DNA from: Verrucomicrobiia bacterium
GTDB taxonomy: Bacteria; Verrucomicrobiota; Verrucomicrobiia; Limisphaerales; DASXHY01
Assembly (NCBI GenBank): GCA_035765675.1
Contig: DASTXC010000082.1
Coordinates: 9,851-73,850, forward strand
Direction of reading: 5' to 3'
Length of the DNA: 64,000 bases
The notes below the pieces were generated by a model. The model saw only the letters and a program-made list of their open reading frames with translations, was not told where the DNA came from and ran no database searches. The stretch's first letter is position 1. The number at the start of each line of letters is the position of its first letter. Shown here piece by piece: positions 9,912-19,693 of the stretch. The translations under genes and the position numbers were made by a program.

Positions 9912-10502
9912 ATGAATCCCGATTTTTCCATCCGCACGCTGTGGCCAACGACTCTCCGGAGCCGGGCTTTCGGCTGGCTGGTGCTCGCGATTTGTTTGCT
10001 GGGCGGCGCGTGTTCGCAGGGAGCCGACCTGGTCATGACTGAACCTGAAGTCAAAGCGCTTTGTCTGCTGAACTTCACCAAATATGTCACCTGGCCGGGA
10101 GCCACGTTTCCCGCCAGCGATTCCTCCTTGCGCATCGGCGTCATCAGCCACAGCAAACTGGTTGACGATCTGGAAAAAGTTTCCAAGGGAAAAGTCATCG
10201 CCGGACACGAAATCCGGATCCTCGAATTGAAACCGGATGGCGACTGGAGCAAATGCCAGATCCTGTTCGTGGGCGCGGATGCGAAATCAGAGTTCGCTGA
10301 GATTTTGTCCAAGGCCGGCAAACTGCCGATCCTGACCGTCGGCGAACGAGATGGATTTCTGGAAGCGGGCGGAGTGATCAATTTCGTCAAAAAGGATAAC
10401 AAGGTCCGCTTTGAAGTGGATCTCAATGCCGCGCACCAAGCGGGACTCCAGATCAGTTCCAAACTCCTGTCGCTCGCCGACGCAGTGCACGGAAAACAAT
10501 AG
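9912..10502 (+). CDS. YfiR-family (DUF4154) periplasmic protein
   Basis: EVKALCLLNFTKYVTWP..LRIGVI..CQILFVG..LPILTVGERDGFLEAGGVINFVKKDNKVRFEVDLNAAHQAGLQISSKLLSLA matches my recollection of the DUF4154/YfiR pattern. The ATG at 9912 precedes a signal or lipoprotein-like segment (WLVLAICLLGGACSQG). The track ORF extends to 9846. Confidence 0.75.
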   Translation: MNPDFSIRTLWPTTLRSRAFGWLVLAICLLGGACSQGADLVMTEPEVKALCLLNFTKYVTWPGATFPASDSSLRIGVISHSKLVDDLEKVSKGKVIAGHEIRILELKPDGDWSKCQILFVGADAKSEFAEILSKAGKLPILTVGERDGFLEAGGVINFVKKDNKVRFEVDLNAAHQAGLQISSKLLSLADAVHGKQ

Positions 10503-10509
10503 GCGCGCC

Positions 10510-12915
10510 ATGAACTTTTTTACGAACGCGTCGATCAAGCGCAAACAGGTATTGATCATTCTGCTCACCAGCGCGGCGACGCTGCTGCTCGCGTGTCTGG
10601 CATTCGTGTGGTACGACCTGACCACGTTCCGCAAGGAAATGGTCGTGCAGGCTTCCAGCCTCGCGGAAGTGATCGGGAACAACTGCACGGCGGCTGTGGA
10701 TTTCAATGATTCCCGTTCCGCCGAAGAAACCCTGGGCGCACTGCGCGGCGAAGTAAAAATTGTGGCCGCGATGGTTTACAAACGCGACGGCTCGGTGTTT
10801 GCCAAATATTCGCGGGACCCGCACGGCACGTTGAATTTGATCGCTCCCGCGCAACCGGCTTTCGACAAAAAGTTCACGCGCGATTTCCTGATTCTTTCCC
10901 GGCCGATAATGGAGCAGGACGAACCCATTGGAACGATTACGCTGGTTTACGATCTAAAGGAACTTTCCGTGCGGTTCATGCGTTACCTGATGATTGTGGG
11001 CGTGGTGTTTGGCGCGTCGCTGTTTGTGGCGTTCATTCTTTCCAGCCGGTTGCAGCGCGTCATTTCCGATCCGATTCAAAGCCTCGCCCGGGCGGCGCGC
11101 GCAGTTTCGTTTGAGAAGGATTATTCGGTGCGTGTCACCAAACGCAGCCAGGATGAACTGGGCCAGTTGATTGACGCGTTCAATGAAATGTTGACGCAGA
11201 TTCAACAGCGTGACGCCGCACTGCAGGCCGCGCGGGATCATCTGGAGAATCGTGTTCAGGAACGGACTGAGGCGCTAGCCGGTTCGTTGTCATTGTTGAA
11301 CGCGACGCTGGAATCGACCGCAGACGGAATTCTCGTTGTGGATCGCAATGGCAAGCCTACGAAGTGCAATGCGAAGTTCCTTGAGATCTGGCAGATCGCG
11401 CCAAAGGAATTCGACCATGCGCAGGATGGCGAGGTGCTGAAGCTGAATGCCGCCAAAGTCAAGGACAGCGAGCGTTTTGTAGCCCGCATTTACGAAATCC
11501 TGGAAGCGCCGGACCAGCAAAGCCACGACGTGCTGGAACTGACCGATGGCCGCGTGCTCGAACGCATTTCTCAGCCTCAGCGAGTGGATGGCCAATTCAT
11601 CGGACGCGTCTGGTGTTTTCGAGACATCACGGAACACAAGCGCGCGGAAGAGGCGCTGCGCGAACGGCTCGCATTGCAGGAACGTCTGGCGACCATCGCG
11701 GCGACGGTGCCCGGCGTGATTCATACTTTCAAACGGAGTGCCGATGGCTCGTTCTGCATGCCGTACGCGAGCCCGCGCGTGGAAGAAATCTACGGCGTGA
11801 AACCGGAAGCGCTGGAAGAGGACGCCTCCATCATGAAAGAACTGATTCATCCGGAAGACGTGGGCATGGTTTATCAGTCCATTGAAGAATCGTTCAAAAC
11901 CCGCCAGCCCTGGCGCGCGGAATTTCGCGTGTGCAATCCTGTGCGTGGCGAAATCTGGGTGGAAGGTCATTCCACGCCGGAACCGGATTCCGACGGCAGC
12001 ATGTTGTGGCACGGGTTCCTCAGCAACATTACCGAACGGAAAATGCTGGAAACCAAAATGGCCGGGTTGAACAAGGAATTGATTGAGATTTCGCGGCAGG
12101 CGGGCATGGCGGAAGTTGCAACCGGCGTGCTGCACAACGTCGGCAACGTTTTGAACAGCGTGAATATTTCCGCAACGCTGGTGGCCGACACGTTGAAGAA
12201 AACCAAAGCCGCCAATCTGTCCAAGGTGGTGACGCTGCTGGATCAGAATGCGGCCACGATTGGCGAGTTCATGAACAGCGAACGCGGCAGGCAGCTTCCG
12301 CGTTACCTGCAACAACTGGTGGATCAACTCACGCTCGAACAGCAAAAGAGCATCGGCGAACTCGATCTGCTGCGAAAGAACATCGAACATATCAAAGATA
12401 TTGTGGCGATGCAGCAGAACTACGCGAAGGTCAGCGGCATTTCTGAAACGGTGGATCCGGTCGAATTGGTCGAAGACGCCGTGCAGATGAACATTGGCGC
12501 GTTGAACCGTCACGACGTTCAGGTCGTGCGCGAATTTCAGCCGGTTCCGTTGATCACAGTCGAGAAGCACAAAGTGTTGCAGATTCTCGTCAATCTCATT
12601 CGCAATGCGAAATACGCCTGTGACGATGCGGGACGTTCGGACAAACGCATGACGCTGCGCCTTTTCAAATCCGAGAAAGGCATCAGTATTGCGGTCTCAG
12701 ATAACGGCGTGGGCATTCCCGCCGAGAATATGACACGCATTTTCAATCACGGATTTACCACCCGCAAAACCGGCCACGGTTTCGGACTGCACAGTGGCGC
12801 GCTTGTCGCCAAAGAAATGGGCGGCGTGCTGCGGGTTCACAGCGAAGGCCACGGCAAAGGCGCCACTTTTACTCTCGAACTTCCACTGCAAATCGCGAAA
12901 GGCCGCCATGTCTGA
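10510..12915 (+). CDS. sensor histidine kinase (CHASE8-like N-terminal sensor, HAMP, 2x PAS, kinase core)
   Basis: Start at [100 protein letters not shown], the CHASE8-type pattern as I recall it. HAMP ([25 protein letters not shown]). Two PAS-like segments. H-box region [15 protein letters not shown]. Complete ATP-binding boxes [16 protein letters not shown] and [20 protein letters not shown]. Confidence 0.85.
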   Translation: MNFFTNASIKRKQVLIILLTSAATLLLACLAFVWYDLTTFRKEMVVQASSLAEVIGNNCTAAVDFNDSRSAEETLGALRGEVKIVAAMVYKRDGSVFAKYSRDPHGTLNLIAPAQPAFDKKFTRDFLILSRPIMEQDEPIGTITLVYDLKELSVRFMRYLMIVGVVFGASLFVAFILSSRLQRVISDPIQSLARAARAVSFEKDYSVRVTKRSQDELGQLIDAFNEMLTQIQQRDAALQAARDHLENRVQERTEALAGSLSLLNATLESTADGILVVDRNGKPTKCNAKFLEIWQIAPKEFDHAQDGEVLKLNAAKVKDSERFVARIYEILEAPDQQSHDVLELTDGRVLERISQPQRVDGQFIGRVWCFRDITEHKRAEEALRERLALQERLATIAATVPGVIHTFKRSADGSFCMPYASPRVEEIYGVKPEALEEDASIMKELIHPEDVGMVYQSIEESFKTRQPWRAEFRVCNPVRGEIWVEGHSTPEPDSDGSMLWHGFLSNITERKMLETKMAGLNKELIEISRQAGMAEVATGVLHNVGNVLNSVNISATLVADTLKKTKAANLSKVVTLLDQNAATIGEFMNSERGRQLPRYLQQLVDQLTLEQQKSIGELDLLRKNIEHIKDIVAMQQNYAKVSGISETVDPVELVEDAVQMNIGALNRHDVQVVREFQPVPLITVEKHKVLQILVNLIRNAKYACDDAGRSDKRMTLRLFKSEKGISIAVSDNGVGIPAENMTRIFNHGFTTRKTGHGFGLHSGALVAKEMGGVLRVHSEGHGKGATFTLELPLQIAKGRHV

Positions 12916-14137
12916 TTCTCCATTCAATTCACAACGGTTCGAGATCGAATCCGGTTCCAAACTTTCAAACGTGAAAAACAATTTCGAACCGGAAACAGTT
13001 TCGGTTACGCCGAGCGATGCTGGCTTTGGGAAATTTGCCGGTCCTCTCGCGCACGAGTTCAATAACCTGCTCACGGTGATTCGCGGTTACGCCCAGGACT
13101 TGATGACGGACGGTGGATTGGATGGAGCCGCGCGGGAAGCGCTGGAGCAGATTGATCAGGCTGCGAAACGCGCGACGGGTTTGACGGCGCAGATGCTGGC
13201 GTTGAGCCGCACGAAACCGCCGCAGCGGGAATATCTCGACTTGAATGAAGTCGTTGCGCAATTCGGAAAAATTTCACGACCGCCGACTGGCAGGGAAATC
13301 ACGCTCTTGATTCAACATTGCGGCGGCAGTCTGGGCATTCACGCGGATCGCGCGATGATCGAAGAAGTATTGGCGAACCTGGTGAACTTCTTTTCCAACG
13401 AAGCGCGCACGAGTGGGAAGATTTGGATTCGCGCCGAGGAAGTTCGCCTTTCGACGGATGCGCTTCGGAACGATTCAGAAGCGCGCGCCGGGCGCTTTGC
13501 CTGCATCAGCATCAAAGACAACAGCACGGAGCCTTTTTCCAATGCGTTCGAATCCAGACAAAGCGTGATGTTCGCGGCCATTGATCACGTGGTGAAGCAG
13601 CATGAAGGCTGGATGGAAATTGAAACCGAAGCGGGCAGGGGAACGATGTTCCGGATTTTTCTGCCGCTCATTTCCGAAATGTGTTTCGAAGCGAGTCCGC
13701 GCTGGTCGAATCTTCCTCTGACGCACGGCCACGAAACGGTTCTGCTGGTGGAAGGCGAAGACACAGTGCGCAGTCTGGCCGCAGATATCTTGAATCGTCA
13801 CGGATATCAAGTCATCGAAGCGCGTTCGAGCGATGAGGCGATTGCGATGCTGAAAAAGGAAACGCTAAGAGTTGATTTGCTGCTGGCGGACAGAGAATTG
13901 GCCGAGCGGCCGAACGCGAAATTATTTGCGGAACTCCAACGATTGTTTCCAGACCTCAGGACGATTTACACCGGTGGCTGCAACACTGATTCGGTTGAAC
14001 ATAATCGCGCGACAGAATCAAAATTCAGCTTTCTTCAGAAACCCTATTCTCCGCACGATCTGGTGAACGCGGTTCGCCAGCATCTGGATACGCCAAATTC
14101 GACGCGGAAATATCCGTCAGCTTTGTTGTCGAATTGA
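12908..14137 (+). CDS. hybrid histidine-kinase-like protein with receiver domain; ATP-binding G1/G2 boxes degenerate
   Basis: The ATG at 12908 overlaps the upstream stop (ATGTCTGA, 8-nt overlap). H-box LAHEFNNLLTVIRGYAQ is present and the N-box is partly kept (VLANLVNFFSNEA). Where DxGxG and GxGLG are expected, the sequence reads IKDNSTEPFS and SVMFAAIDHV. The C-terminal receiver looks intact (VLLVEGEDTV..DLLLADRE..IYTGG..FLQKPYSP). Confidence 0.8.
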   Translation: MSDSPFNSQRFEIESGSKLSNVKNNFEPETVSVTPSDAGFGKFAGPLAHEFNNLLTVIRGYAQDLMTDGGLDGAAREALEQIDQAAKRATGLTAQMLALSRTKPPQREYLDLNEVVAQFGKISRPPTGREITLLIQHCGGSLGIHADRAMIEEVLANLVNFFSNEARTSGKIWIRAEEVRLSTDALRNDSEARAGRFACISIKDNSTEPFSNAFESRQSVMFAAIDHVVKQHEGWMEIETEAGRGTMFRIFLPLISEMCFEASPRWSNLPLTHGHETVLLVEGEDTVRSLAADILNRHGYQVIEARSSDEAIAMLKKETLRVDLLLADRELAERPNAKLFAELQRLFPDLRTIYTGGCNTDSVEHNRATESKFSFLQKPYSPHDLVNAVRQHLDTPNSTRKYPSALLSN

Positions 14138-14157
14138 GAAAAGAAGGAGCGGGGAAA

Positions 14158-14649
14158 TTATTTTTCCGCCGGAGCGAGCGATGGGCTTTCGTTGAACAGC
14201 ATCCAATACATGCCGACGTTTCCGACGGCTTCCAGGAATTTATCGAAGTCGATGGGTTTGTATAAATAGCTGTTGGCGCCAAGGTCGTAAACGTTGGCCA
14301 GGTCTTCCTCTTCTTTGGAACTCGTCAGCACCACCACTGGCAAACGGCGGGTGCGTGGATTCGAACGGATTTCCCGGAGCACTTCCATGCCGCCGAGTTT
14401 CGGCAGTTTCAAATCCAGCAACACGACCGCGGGCAGCAATTCCGCTTCGCGAGACGTCAGGTGTTTGTGGCCGAAGAGATATTCCAGTGCTTCTTCGCCG
14501 TCACGAGCCACGATGACTTCGTTCATGATGTTGCTCTGGCGCAGCGCGCGGAGCGTGAGTTCCTCGTCATCACGATTGTCTTCCACGAGCAGAATCGTTT
14601 TGCGGGTCAGCGTTCGGTCCTCAACCGGGACGTTTATTTTGATGGCCAT
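14158..14649 (-). CDS. single-domain response regulator (CheY-like receiver)
   Basis: ILLVEDNRDDEELTLRAL..AVVLLDLKLPKLGGMEVLREIR..PVVVLTSSKEEEDL..GANSYLYKPIDFDKF. This is a canonical receiver with no output domain. It is convergent with the hybrid kinase across a 20-nt gap. Confidence 0.9.
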   Translation of the reverse strand: MAIKINVPVEDRTLTRKTILLVEDNRDDEELTLRALRQSNIMNEVIVARDGEEALEYLFGHKHLTSREAELLPAVVLLDLKLPKLGGMEVLREIRSNPRTRRLPVVVLTSSKEEEDLANVYDLGANSYLYKPIDFDKFLEAVGNVGMYWMLFNESPSLAPAEK

Positions 14650-14840
14650 AACCTTTACCTCGAACAGAACTGTAAGGTTGACCCCTCCGCTGCTTCAACC
14701 CGGCGTTCACCCCATTTTTTTAAAGGGATGAATGATCAATCCAGAAGACTATTCCTCATTGATATTTTCCTGAGCCACTCGCATCGCGCACCGATGATTC
14801 GTAATTCATAATCGTCGTGGAGCCCGCTCCAAATAAACAG

Positions 14841-14868
14841 TTGCCTCGACCTTGCATTCTGCTAGTTT
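14841..14868 (+). promoter_or_regulatory. possible sigma-70-like promoter for rpsB-tsf
   Basis: TTGCCT (14841-14846), 16-nt spacer, TAGTTT (14863-14868), about 145 nt upstream of the rpsB start. It is followed by a small hairpin, cctttccg-tcgaaag-cggaaagg (14875-14897). This is a motif match only. Confidence 0.25.
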
Positions 14869-15013
14869 GCTGGGCCTTTCCGTCGAAAGCGGAAAGGAAA
14901 ACGGCCTCAATTCAGCGTTCGTGTGAACGTTGGCGGCCAGAAAAACATCGAAAACAATCCCGTGTTCCGCGGGATGGTTCGCAAAAAAGCGGACTCTCAA
15001 CCAAAGGAAAATT

Positions 15014-15823
15014 GTGATCAGTATTGGCGTTAAGGAATTGTTGGAATCCGGCGTTCATTTTGGACATCAGACCAAACGTTGGAATCCCAAGATGAAGCCC
15101 TTCATCTTCGATGCCCGCAATGGCATCCACATCATCGACCTCAGCAAAACCATCACCCAGCTTGAAGCCGCCTGCGATTTCCTCGCGGCGACCGTTGCGA
15201 AAGGCGAACGCATTCTGTTCGTCGGCACCAAAAAACAGGCGCAACAGGCAGTCAAAGAAACCGCAAAGGAATGCGGACAGTTTTATGTCACGGAACGCTG
15301 GCTCGGCGGCACGTTGACCAATTTCCAGACCATCAAACGCTCCATCGCGCGCATGAAAGCGATTGAGAAAATGGAAGCCGACGGCAGCATCAATAACTAC
15401 GTCAAGCAGGAGCAATCCATGATTCGCCGTGAAGCCGCGCGCCAGGTGAAATACTTCGACGGCATCCGCTCCATGGATAAATTCCCGGGCGTCATGTTCG
15501 TCGTCGATATCAAGCGCGAACACAACGCGATTGCCGAAGCGCGCCGTTTGAAAATTCCGATCGTGGCTATTGTCGATACCAACTGCGATCCCGACCAGGT
15601 GGAATATCCCATCGCCGGCAACGACGATGCGATCCGTTCCGTCCGCGTTATTCTCTCGACCGTTTCCCAGACGATCACTCGCGCCCGCGCCGAATACGAA
15701 GCGAAGTACGGCCGCCGCAAGACAGATCAAGGCGCAGCGACGGAGAAGTTCGATTCCGCTGAAGCGGTGGAAATTGCCGCGGGTGATGATCCCACGACTC
15801 CGGAAAGCTCTCCGGCGGCCTGA
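15014..15823 (+). CDS. rpsB: 30S ribosomal protein S2
   Basis: ..ISIGVKELLESGVHFGHQTKRWNPKMKPFIFDARNGIHIIDL..ILFVGTKKQAQ..YVTERWLGGTLTNF.. is the classic S2 sequence. A GTG at 15014 preceded by aaggaaa (15004-15010) gives the usual N-terminus. The track ORF begins at a TTG at 14930. Confidence 0.95.
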   Translation: MISIGVKELLESGVHFGHQTKRWNPKMKPFIFDARNGIHIIDLSKTITQLEAACDFLAATVAKGERILFVGTKKQAQQAVKETAKECGQFYVTERWLGGTLTNFQTIKRSIARMKAIEKMEADGSINNYVKQEQSMIRREAARQVKYFDGIRSMDKFPGVMFVVDIKREHNAIAEARRLKIPIVAIVDTNCDPDQVEYPIAGNDDAIRSVRVILSTVSQTITRARAEYEAKYGRRKTDQGAATEKFDSAEAVEIAAGDDPTTPESSPAA

Positions 15824-15934
15824 AGAAAGTTTGCGGGCTGCGGGTTTGTTGTTTCGAGTGGAAGCATTCGTAACGCAAACCTGAAGCCTGAATTTCTTTC
15901 TCAAACAACAATCAACTTTTAGCATCAATTTTTT

Positions 15935-16777
15935 ATGGCTGAAATTACTCCTGCTCTTGTAGGCAAGCTGCGTGAAATGACCGGCGCCGGTTTGATGGAT
16001 TGCAAAAAAGCACTCGTGGAAACCAATGGCGATCTGGATGGCGCCGTGGACAGTCTCCGCAAAAAGGGCACCGCCACCGCCGCCAAAAAAGCGGCGCGCG
16101 ACGCCAATGAAGGCATCATTGCCCAATACATTGTTCCTGGCGGAAAACTTGGCGTGCTCGTCGAGATCAATTGCGAAACTGATTTCGTCGCTCGCAACGA
16201 TTCCTTCCGCGCGTTTGGCGATGAAATTGCAAAGAAGATCGCGACCGATGCGAAAGTGGACCTCGAAGCCGACCGTGCGGCGGCGGTAGCGAAAATCGGT
16301 GAGAACATCAAGATCACTCGCAATGCGCGGATGGAAGTCAGCGGCAACGGATTGATCGCCGCTTACATTCATGCCGGCGCGAAAATTGGCGTGCTGGTGG
16401 AAGTTGGCGCCGGCAAAGAAAGCACCGTGGCCAATGACGAATTCAAACAGCTCGTCAAAGACATCACGCTGCAGATCGCTGCGGGACATCCGTTCGCTGT
16501 TTCGCGCGACCAGGTTCCGGCTGACGTCGTTGCCAAGGAACGCGAAATCGCCGCGCAATCCGATCGGCTCAAAGGCAAACCCGCCGCTGCGATGGAAAAA
16601 ATTCTGCAAGGCGTGCTGGACAAATTCTTCCAGAACTACTGCCTCGTGGATCAGGGTTTTGTGAAAAACCCCGATCAGACCATCGCGCAACACGTAGCTG
16701 AAGTCGGCAAGAAGATCGGTGACGAAATCACAATCCGCCGCTTCGTCCGCTTCCAGGTCGGCGAAAGCGTCGCGTAA
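15935..16777 (+). CDS. tsf: translation elongation factor Ts
   Basis: MAEITPALVGKLREMTGAGLMDCKKALVETNGDLDGAVDSLRKKG..EINCETDFVARNDSF.. It sits directly downstream of rpsB, the conserved arrangement. Confidence 0.95.
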   Translation: MAEITPALVGKLREMTGAGLMDCKKALVETNGDLDGAVDSLRKKGTATAAKKAARDANEGIIAQYIVPGGKLGVLVEINCETDFVARNDSFRAFGDEIAKKIATDAKVDLEADRAAAVAKIGENIKITRNARMEVSGNGLIAAYIHAGAKIGVLVEVGAGKESTVANDEFKQLVKDITLQIAAGHPFAVSRDQVPADVVAKEREIAAQSDRLKGKPAAAMEKILQGVLDKFFQNYCLVDQGFVKNPDQTIAQHVAEVGKKIGDEITIRRFVRFQVGESVA

Positions 16778-16802
16778 GCGCACTCAGACATTTCATTGAT
16801 CA

Positions 16803-16831
16803 AAGGCGTTCCGCAAGGAACGCCTTTTTTT
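16803..16831 (+). terminator. rho-independent terminator of rpsB-tsf
   Basis: Perfect 10-bp stem aaggcgttcc / ggaacgcctt with a GCAA tetraloop. It runs into a T-tract (tttttttg) 26 nt after the tsf stop. Confidence 0.85.
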
Positions 16832-17024
16832 GTGCGCCACGATCAGGATCGAAAACGGGCTTACACGAATTGCGCTAATTTCCGCGAATGTCCGAATCAT
16901 GAAAGCAATTCGTGTTCATTCGTGAAATTCGTGTAAACCACTTTCGTCCGTTGCTTCCTGAACGCGCCGGGTTTTTGCTTCTCATCGCAGGTTCGCTGCG
17001 GCATCGTTTGCGCACCTGACCACT

Positions 17025-18152
17025 ATGAGGATTTTGATTGCCACCGTCACCGCTGGAGGAGGGCATCTCGCCGCCGCTGCTGCCCTGGAAGAAGCCTGGA
17101 AAACTGAACGCCGGGAGGATGTCGTCGAGCGCATCGATCTGCTGAAATTCTTTTCGCCGATTCATCGCAAGATTCACGCGGACGGTTACGTCAAGCTGGT
17201 CGAACGCGCACCGGAAATCTGGGGAATGGTTTTCAAGAACACGGACAGTCCCGAAGCCGCACGACGATTGAACCGGCTGAAGCGTTTGTTTCCGAGCAGC
17301 TCGCGAATGCGCTTTGTCCGCTTCGTCAAACAGTTCCAGCCGGACGCCATTGTCTGCACGCATTATCTTCCGCTCGAAATGCTTGGCCAGATGCGCCAGC
17401 GGAATCGCGCATTCGATCCGTTGATTGTCAGCGTCGTTACTGATTTCGAAGCGCACGCGCTCTGGATGGAATCGTGCGTCGATCTTTATTGCGTCGCGGC
17501 GGAGGAAACCCGCATGCGGTTAGTCGCGCGCGGCACGCCGAAGGAAAAAATCATTGCAACAGGTATTCCAATTTCAGCGCGCTTTTCGGCGAAGATCGAT
17601 GCGAAGGCGATTCGGAAAAAACTCGGATTGCGCGATGATCTTCCGACGTTGCTGGTGCTGAGCGGTGGCTTCGGAATGGGGCCGGTGGCGGAAATTCTTT
17701 CCGCGTTGGATCAAGTCAGCCAGCCGTTCCAGACCGTTGTGGTGACGGGACGAAATGAAGAATTGCGACGCGAACTCGCGGCGCAGGATCGTACGCATCC
17801 GACGCACGTTTTCGGTTTCACTTCGAATATGCACGAACTGATGGCGGTGGCGGACCTCGTGATCACCAAACCCGGCGGGCTGACATCGTCCGAGGCCCTG
17901 GCATTGGGAAAGCCGTTGTTCATTTTGAATCCGATTCCCGGTCAGGAAGCGGCGAACAGCGATTTCCTGCTGGAACGCGGCGCGGCGGGAAAAGTGAATC
18001 GCGTGGAAGATTTGTCGTATCGTATCGAGCAATTGATCGGCTCAAAGAAACTGGTTGAAATGGCCAAAGCTGCGAAGGCTTTGGGCCGTCCAAATGCGGC
18101 TGAAGCGATTTGTCAGGCGTGCAGTGAACGAATCGGCAGCGGCGTTTCGTAA
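17025..18152 (+). CDS. MGDG-synthase-like / GT28-family glycosyltransferase (glycolipid synthase-like)
   Basis: MRILIATVTAGGGHLAAAAALEEAW.. N-terminus typical of the MGDG_synth domain. C-terminal half VLSGGFGMGP..ADLVITKPGGLTSSEALALGKPLFILNPIPGQEAANSDFL is the GT28 C-terminal pattern. Confidence 0.8.
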   Translation: MRILIATVTAGGGHLAAAAALEEAWKTERREDVVERIDLLKFFSPIHRKIHADGYVKLVERAPEIWGMVFKNTDSPEAARRLNRLKRLFPSSSRMRFVRFVKQFQPDAIVCTHYLPLEMLGQMRQRNRAFDPLIVSVVTDFEAHALWMESCVDLYCVAAEETRMRLVARGTPKEKIIATGIPISARFSAKIDAKAIRKKLGLRDDLPTLLVLSGGFGMGPVAEILSALDQVSQPFQTVVVTGRNEELRRELAAQDRTHPTHVFGFTSNMHELMAVADLVITKPGGLTSSEALALGKPLFILNPIPGQEAANSDFLLERGAAGKVNRVEDLSYRIEQLIGSKKLVEMAKAAKALGRPNAAEAICQACSERIGSGVS

Positions 18153-18206
18153 CGATGCAGCATTCGTAAACAACAGGCGGCGCTCTTATGAAATGCCGCT
18201 ACGAAG

Positions 18207-19589
18207 ATGAATCACACAATTCTGTATCGATCGATGCGCCGACTGATCGGGCTGGCGCTGGGGTTTTATTTTCGCCGCATCGACCGATTTCATCGCGAGC
18301 GCATTCCGAAATCCGGTCCGGTGCTGTTCACGTCGAACCATCCGAACTCGCTCACCGATTCGTGGATCATTGGTTCTACAGTTCCGCGCAAAGTGAACTT
18401 CGTCGCAACTGTTCAGCTCTTTCGTTTCAAGCCGATGAAATGGTTTCTCACGCGTTGCGGCGTCATTCCGATCAATCGCGTTCGCGACGATCCCAAAGCG
18501 ATGCGCAGCGTGACGGATACGTTTGAAGCTTGTTTTCAGGTGCTGGAACGCGGCGAAGCCATCGGCATTTTTCCTGAAGGCGTGACGTATGATGATTCGC
18601 GAATGCGCGAGGTGAAGAGTGGCGCGGCGCGGATTGCTTTGGAACTGGAGCAGCGTCATAGCGGAAAGCTTGGTTTGAAAATTGTACCGGTCGGATTGAC
18701 CTACTCCGCGAAGGAACTGTATCGAAGCGATGCGCTGGCGAATTTTGGCGAGCCGATTCTGGCGGCGGAATTTCTCGATGGCTACAGCGAGCGCCGCAAA
18801 GAGTGCATCAATCGCTTGACTGCGGAAATCGAGCGGAGGATTCAATCGCTGATTCTGCACATTCCGGAACTGGAACACGCGCGCGTTGTGGAAGGCGTGA
18901 AACGGCTCTATCTCGATCGACTGCGACTCGGCAATCGCGTTGCCTCGGAACCTGTTTCAGAACGCGCCGAAGAATTGTTGCTCGGTCAAAAAATCACCGA
19001 GGCCGTCGAGCATGTTTATCAAACTGAACCGGAACGCGCCGCTGCGTTCACTGCGAAGCTGGATTTTTACGAACGCTGGCTGGCGCGGTTGAACCTTTCC
19101 GACGATGCGCTTGCGCTGTTTCCGGACAAGGAAAAGCTCGCGAGGCAAAGTCTGATCTGGTGCGTGATGGCGATTCTCGGTGCGCCGATTGCCTTGTACG
19201 GCTGGGCGCATCGCGCGTTGCCGCACGCGATCATCAAATGGGCAGTGAACAAATTTCCCGCGCCGGAAAAGCGGAAGGCGCAGACGTCCACAACGAAAAT
19301 CATTGGCGGCATTCTGATTTACACCGGGTGCTTCGGAATTTTTGTGGGGATTATCAGCGAGTTCGCAGGTTGGCCGACAAGTTTCTGGTATGCGCTGTCA
19401 TTGCCGCCGGCGAGTCTGCTGGCATTTTATCATTTGCGGGAGTTGCGGAAATTGAAAGCCAGTGTGCGGAACACGACCGTTCTTTTGCGCGCGCCATTCG
19501 CAGCAAAGCGATTGCTGGCATTGCGGGGCGAACTGATTGCGGAAATTGAATCCGTTCACCAGCAGCGCGTGGCGGTTCAGAATGTTTGA
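18207..19589 (+). CDS. PlsC-family acyltransferase with C-terminal membrane segments
   Basis: Acyltransferase block I NHPNSLTD (HX4D) and block III FPEGVTYDD. The C-terminal part has hydrophobic helices (IWCVMAILGAPIALYGW; GGILIYTGCFGIFVGIISEF). Confidence 0.8.
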   Translation: MNHTILYRSMRRLIGLALGFYFRRIDRFHRERIPKSGPVLFTSNHPNSLTDSWIIGSTVPRKVNFVATVQLFRFKPMKWFLTRCGVIPINRVRDDPKAMRSVTDTFEACFQVLERGEAIGIFPEGVTYDDSRMREVKSGAARIALELEQRHSGKLGLKIVPVGLTYSAKELYRSDALANFGEPILAAEFLDGYSERRKECINRLTAEIERRIQSLILHIPELEHARVVEGVKRLYLDRLRLGNRVASEPVSERAEELLLGQKITEAVEHVYQTEPERAAAFTAKLDFYERWLARLNLSDDALALFPDKEKLARQSLIWCVMAILGAPIALYGWAHRALPHAIIKWAVNKFPAPEKRKAQTSTTKIIGGILIYTGCFGIFVGIISEFAGWPTSFWYALSLPPASLLAFYHLRELRKLKASVRNTTVLLRAPFAAKRLLALRGELIAEIESVHQQRVAVQNV

Positions 19590-19693
19590 TCAGTTGAAGG
19601 AATTTGTGGGGCTCGTGTAACTCGTCCTTCTGAGGAACAAGGATGAGTTCGCGTGATCAAACCTGCCGCGCGGATTGAGCCAATTGGAAAAAG

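Noticed and set aside
14875-14897. Hairpin in the rpsB 5' leader, considered as an S2 autoregulatory leader like the enterobacterial rpsB element
   Set aside because: The known rpsB leader is, as far as I recall, defined for gamma-proteobacteria. An 8-bp hairpin alone does not show homology or function here.
14912-16783. 623-aa ORF on the minus strand spanning rpsB, the intergenic region and tsf
   Set aside because: It is exactly antisense to two unmistakable housekeeping genes. Its translation is Arg/Gly/Ala/Phe-rich and low in complexity, with no recognisable motif. Long open antisense frames are expected in GC-biased coding sequence.
14797-18169. Recurrent octamer ATTCGTAA in intergenic DNA, considered as a possible promoter or regulatory word. 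Copies lie at 14797, 15866, 18162 and 63991. CATTCGTAACG is identical at 15865 and 63990.
   Set aside because: The same core also occurs inside coding sequence, for example GATTCGTAACGA near 21725, within the gdhA coding region. With ~4 kb of intergenic DNA, a shared 11-mer pair is expected by chance. I could not do an exhaustive count, so enrichment is unproven.
19621-19647. Hairpin ctcgtcctt-ctgaggaac-aaggatgag between the convergent acyltransferase and P450 genes, considered as a terminator
   Set aside because: The stem is 9 bp including a G-U pair, with a 9-nt loop and no flanking T- or A-tract on either strand. That is too weak to call.
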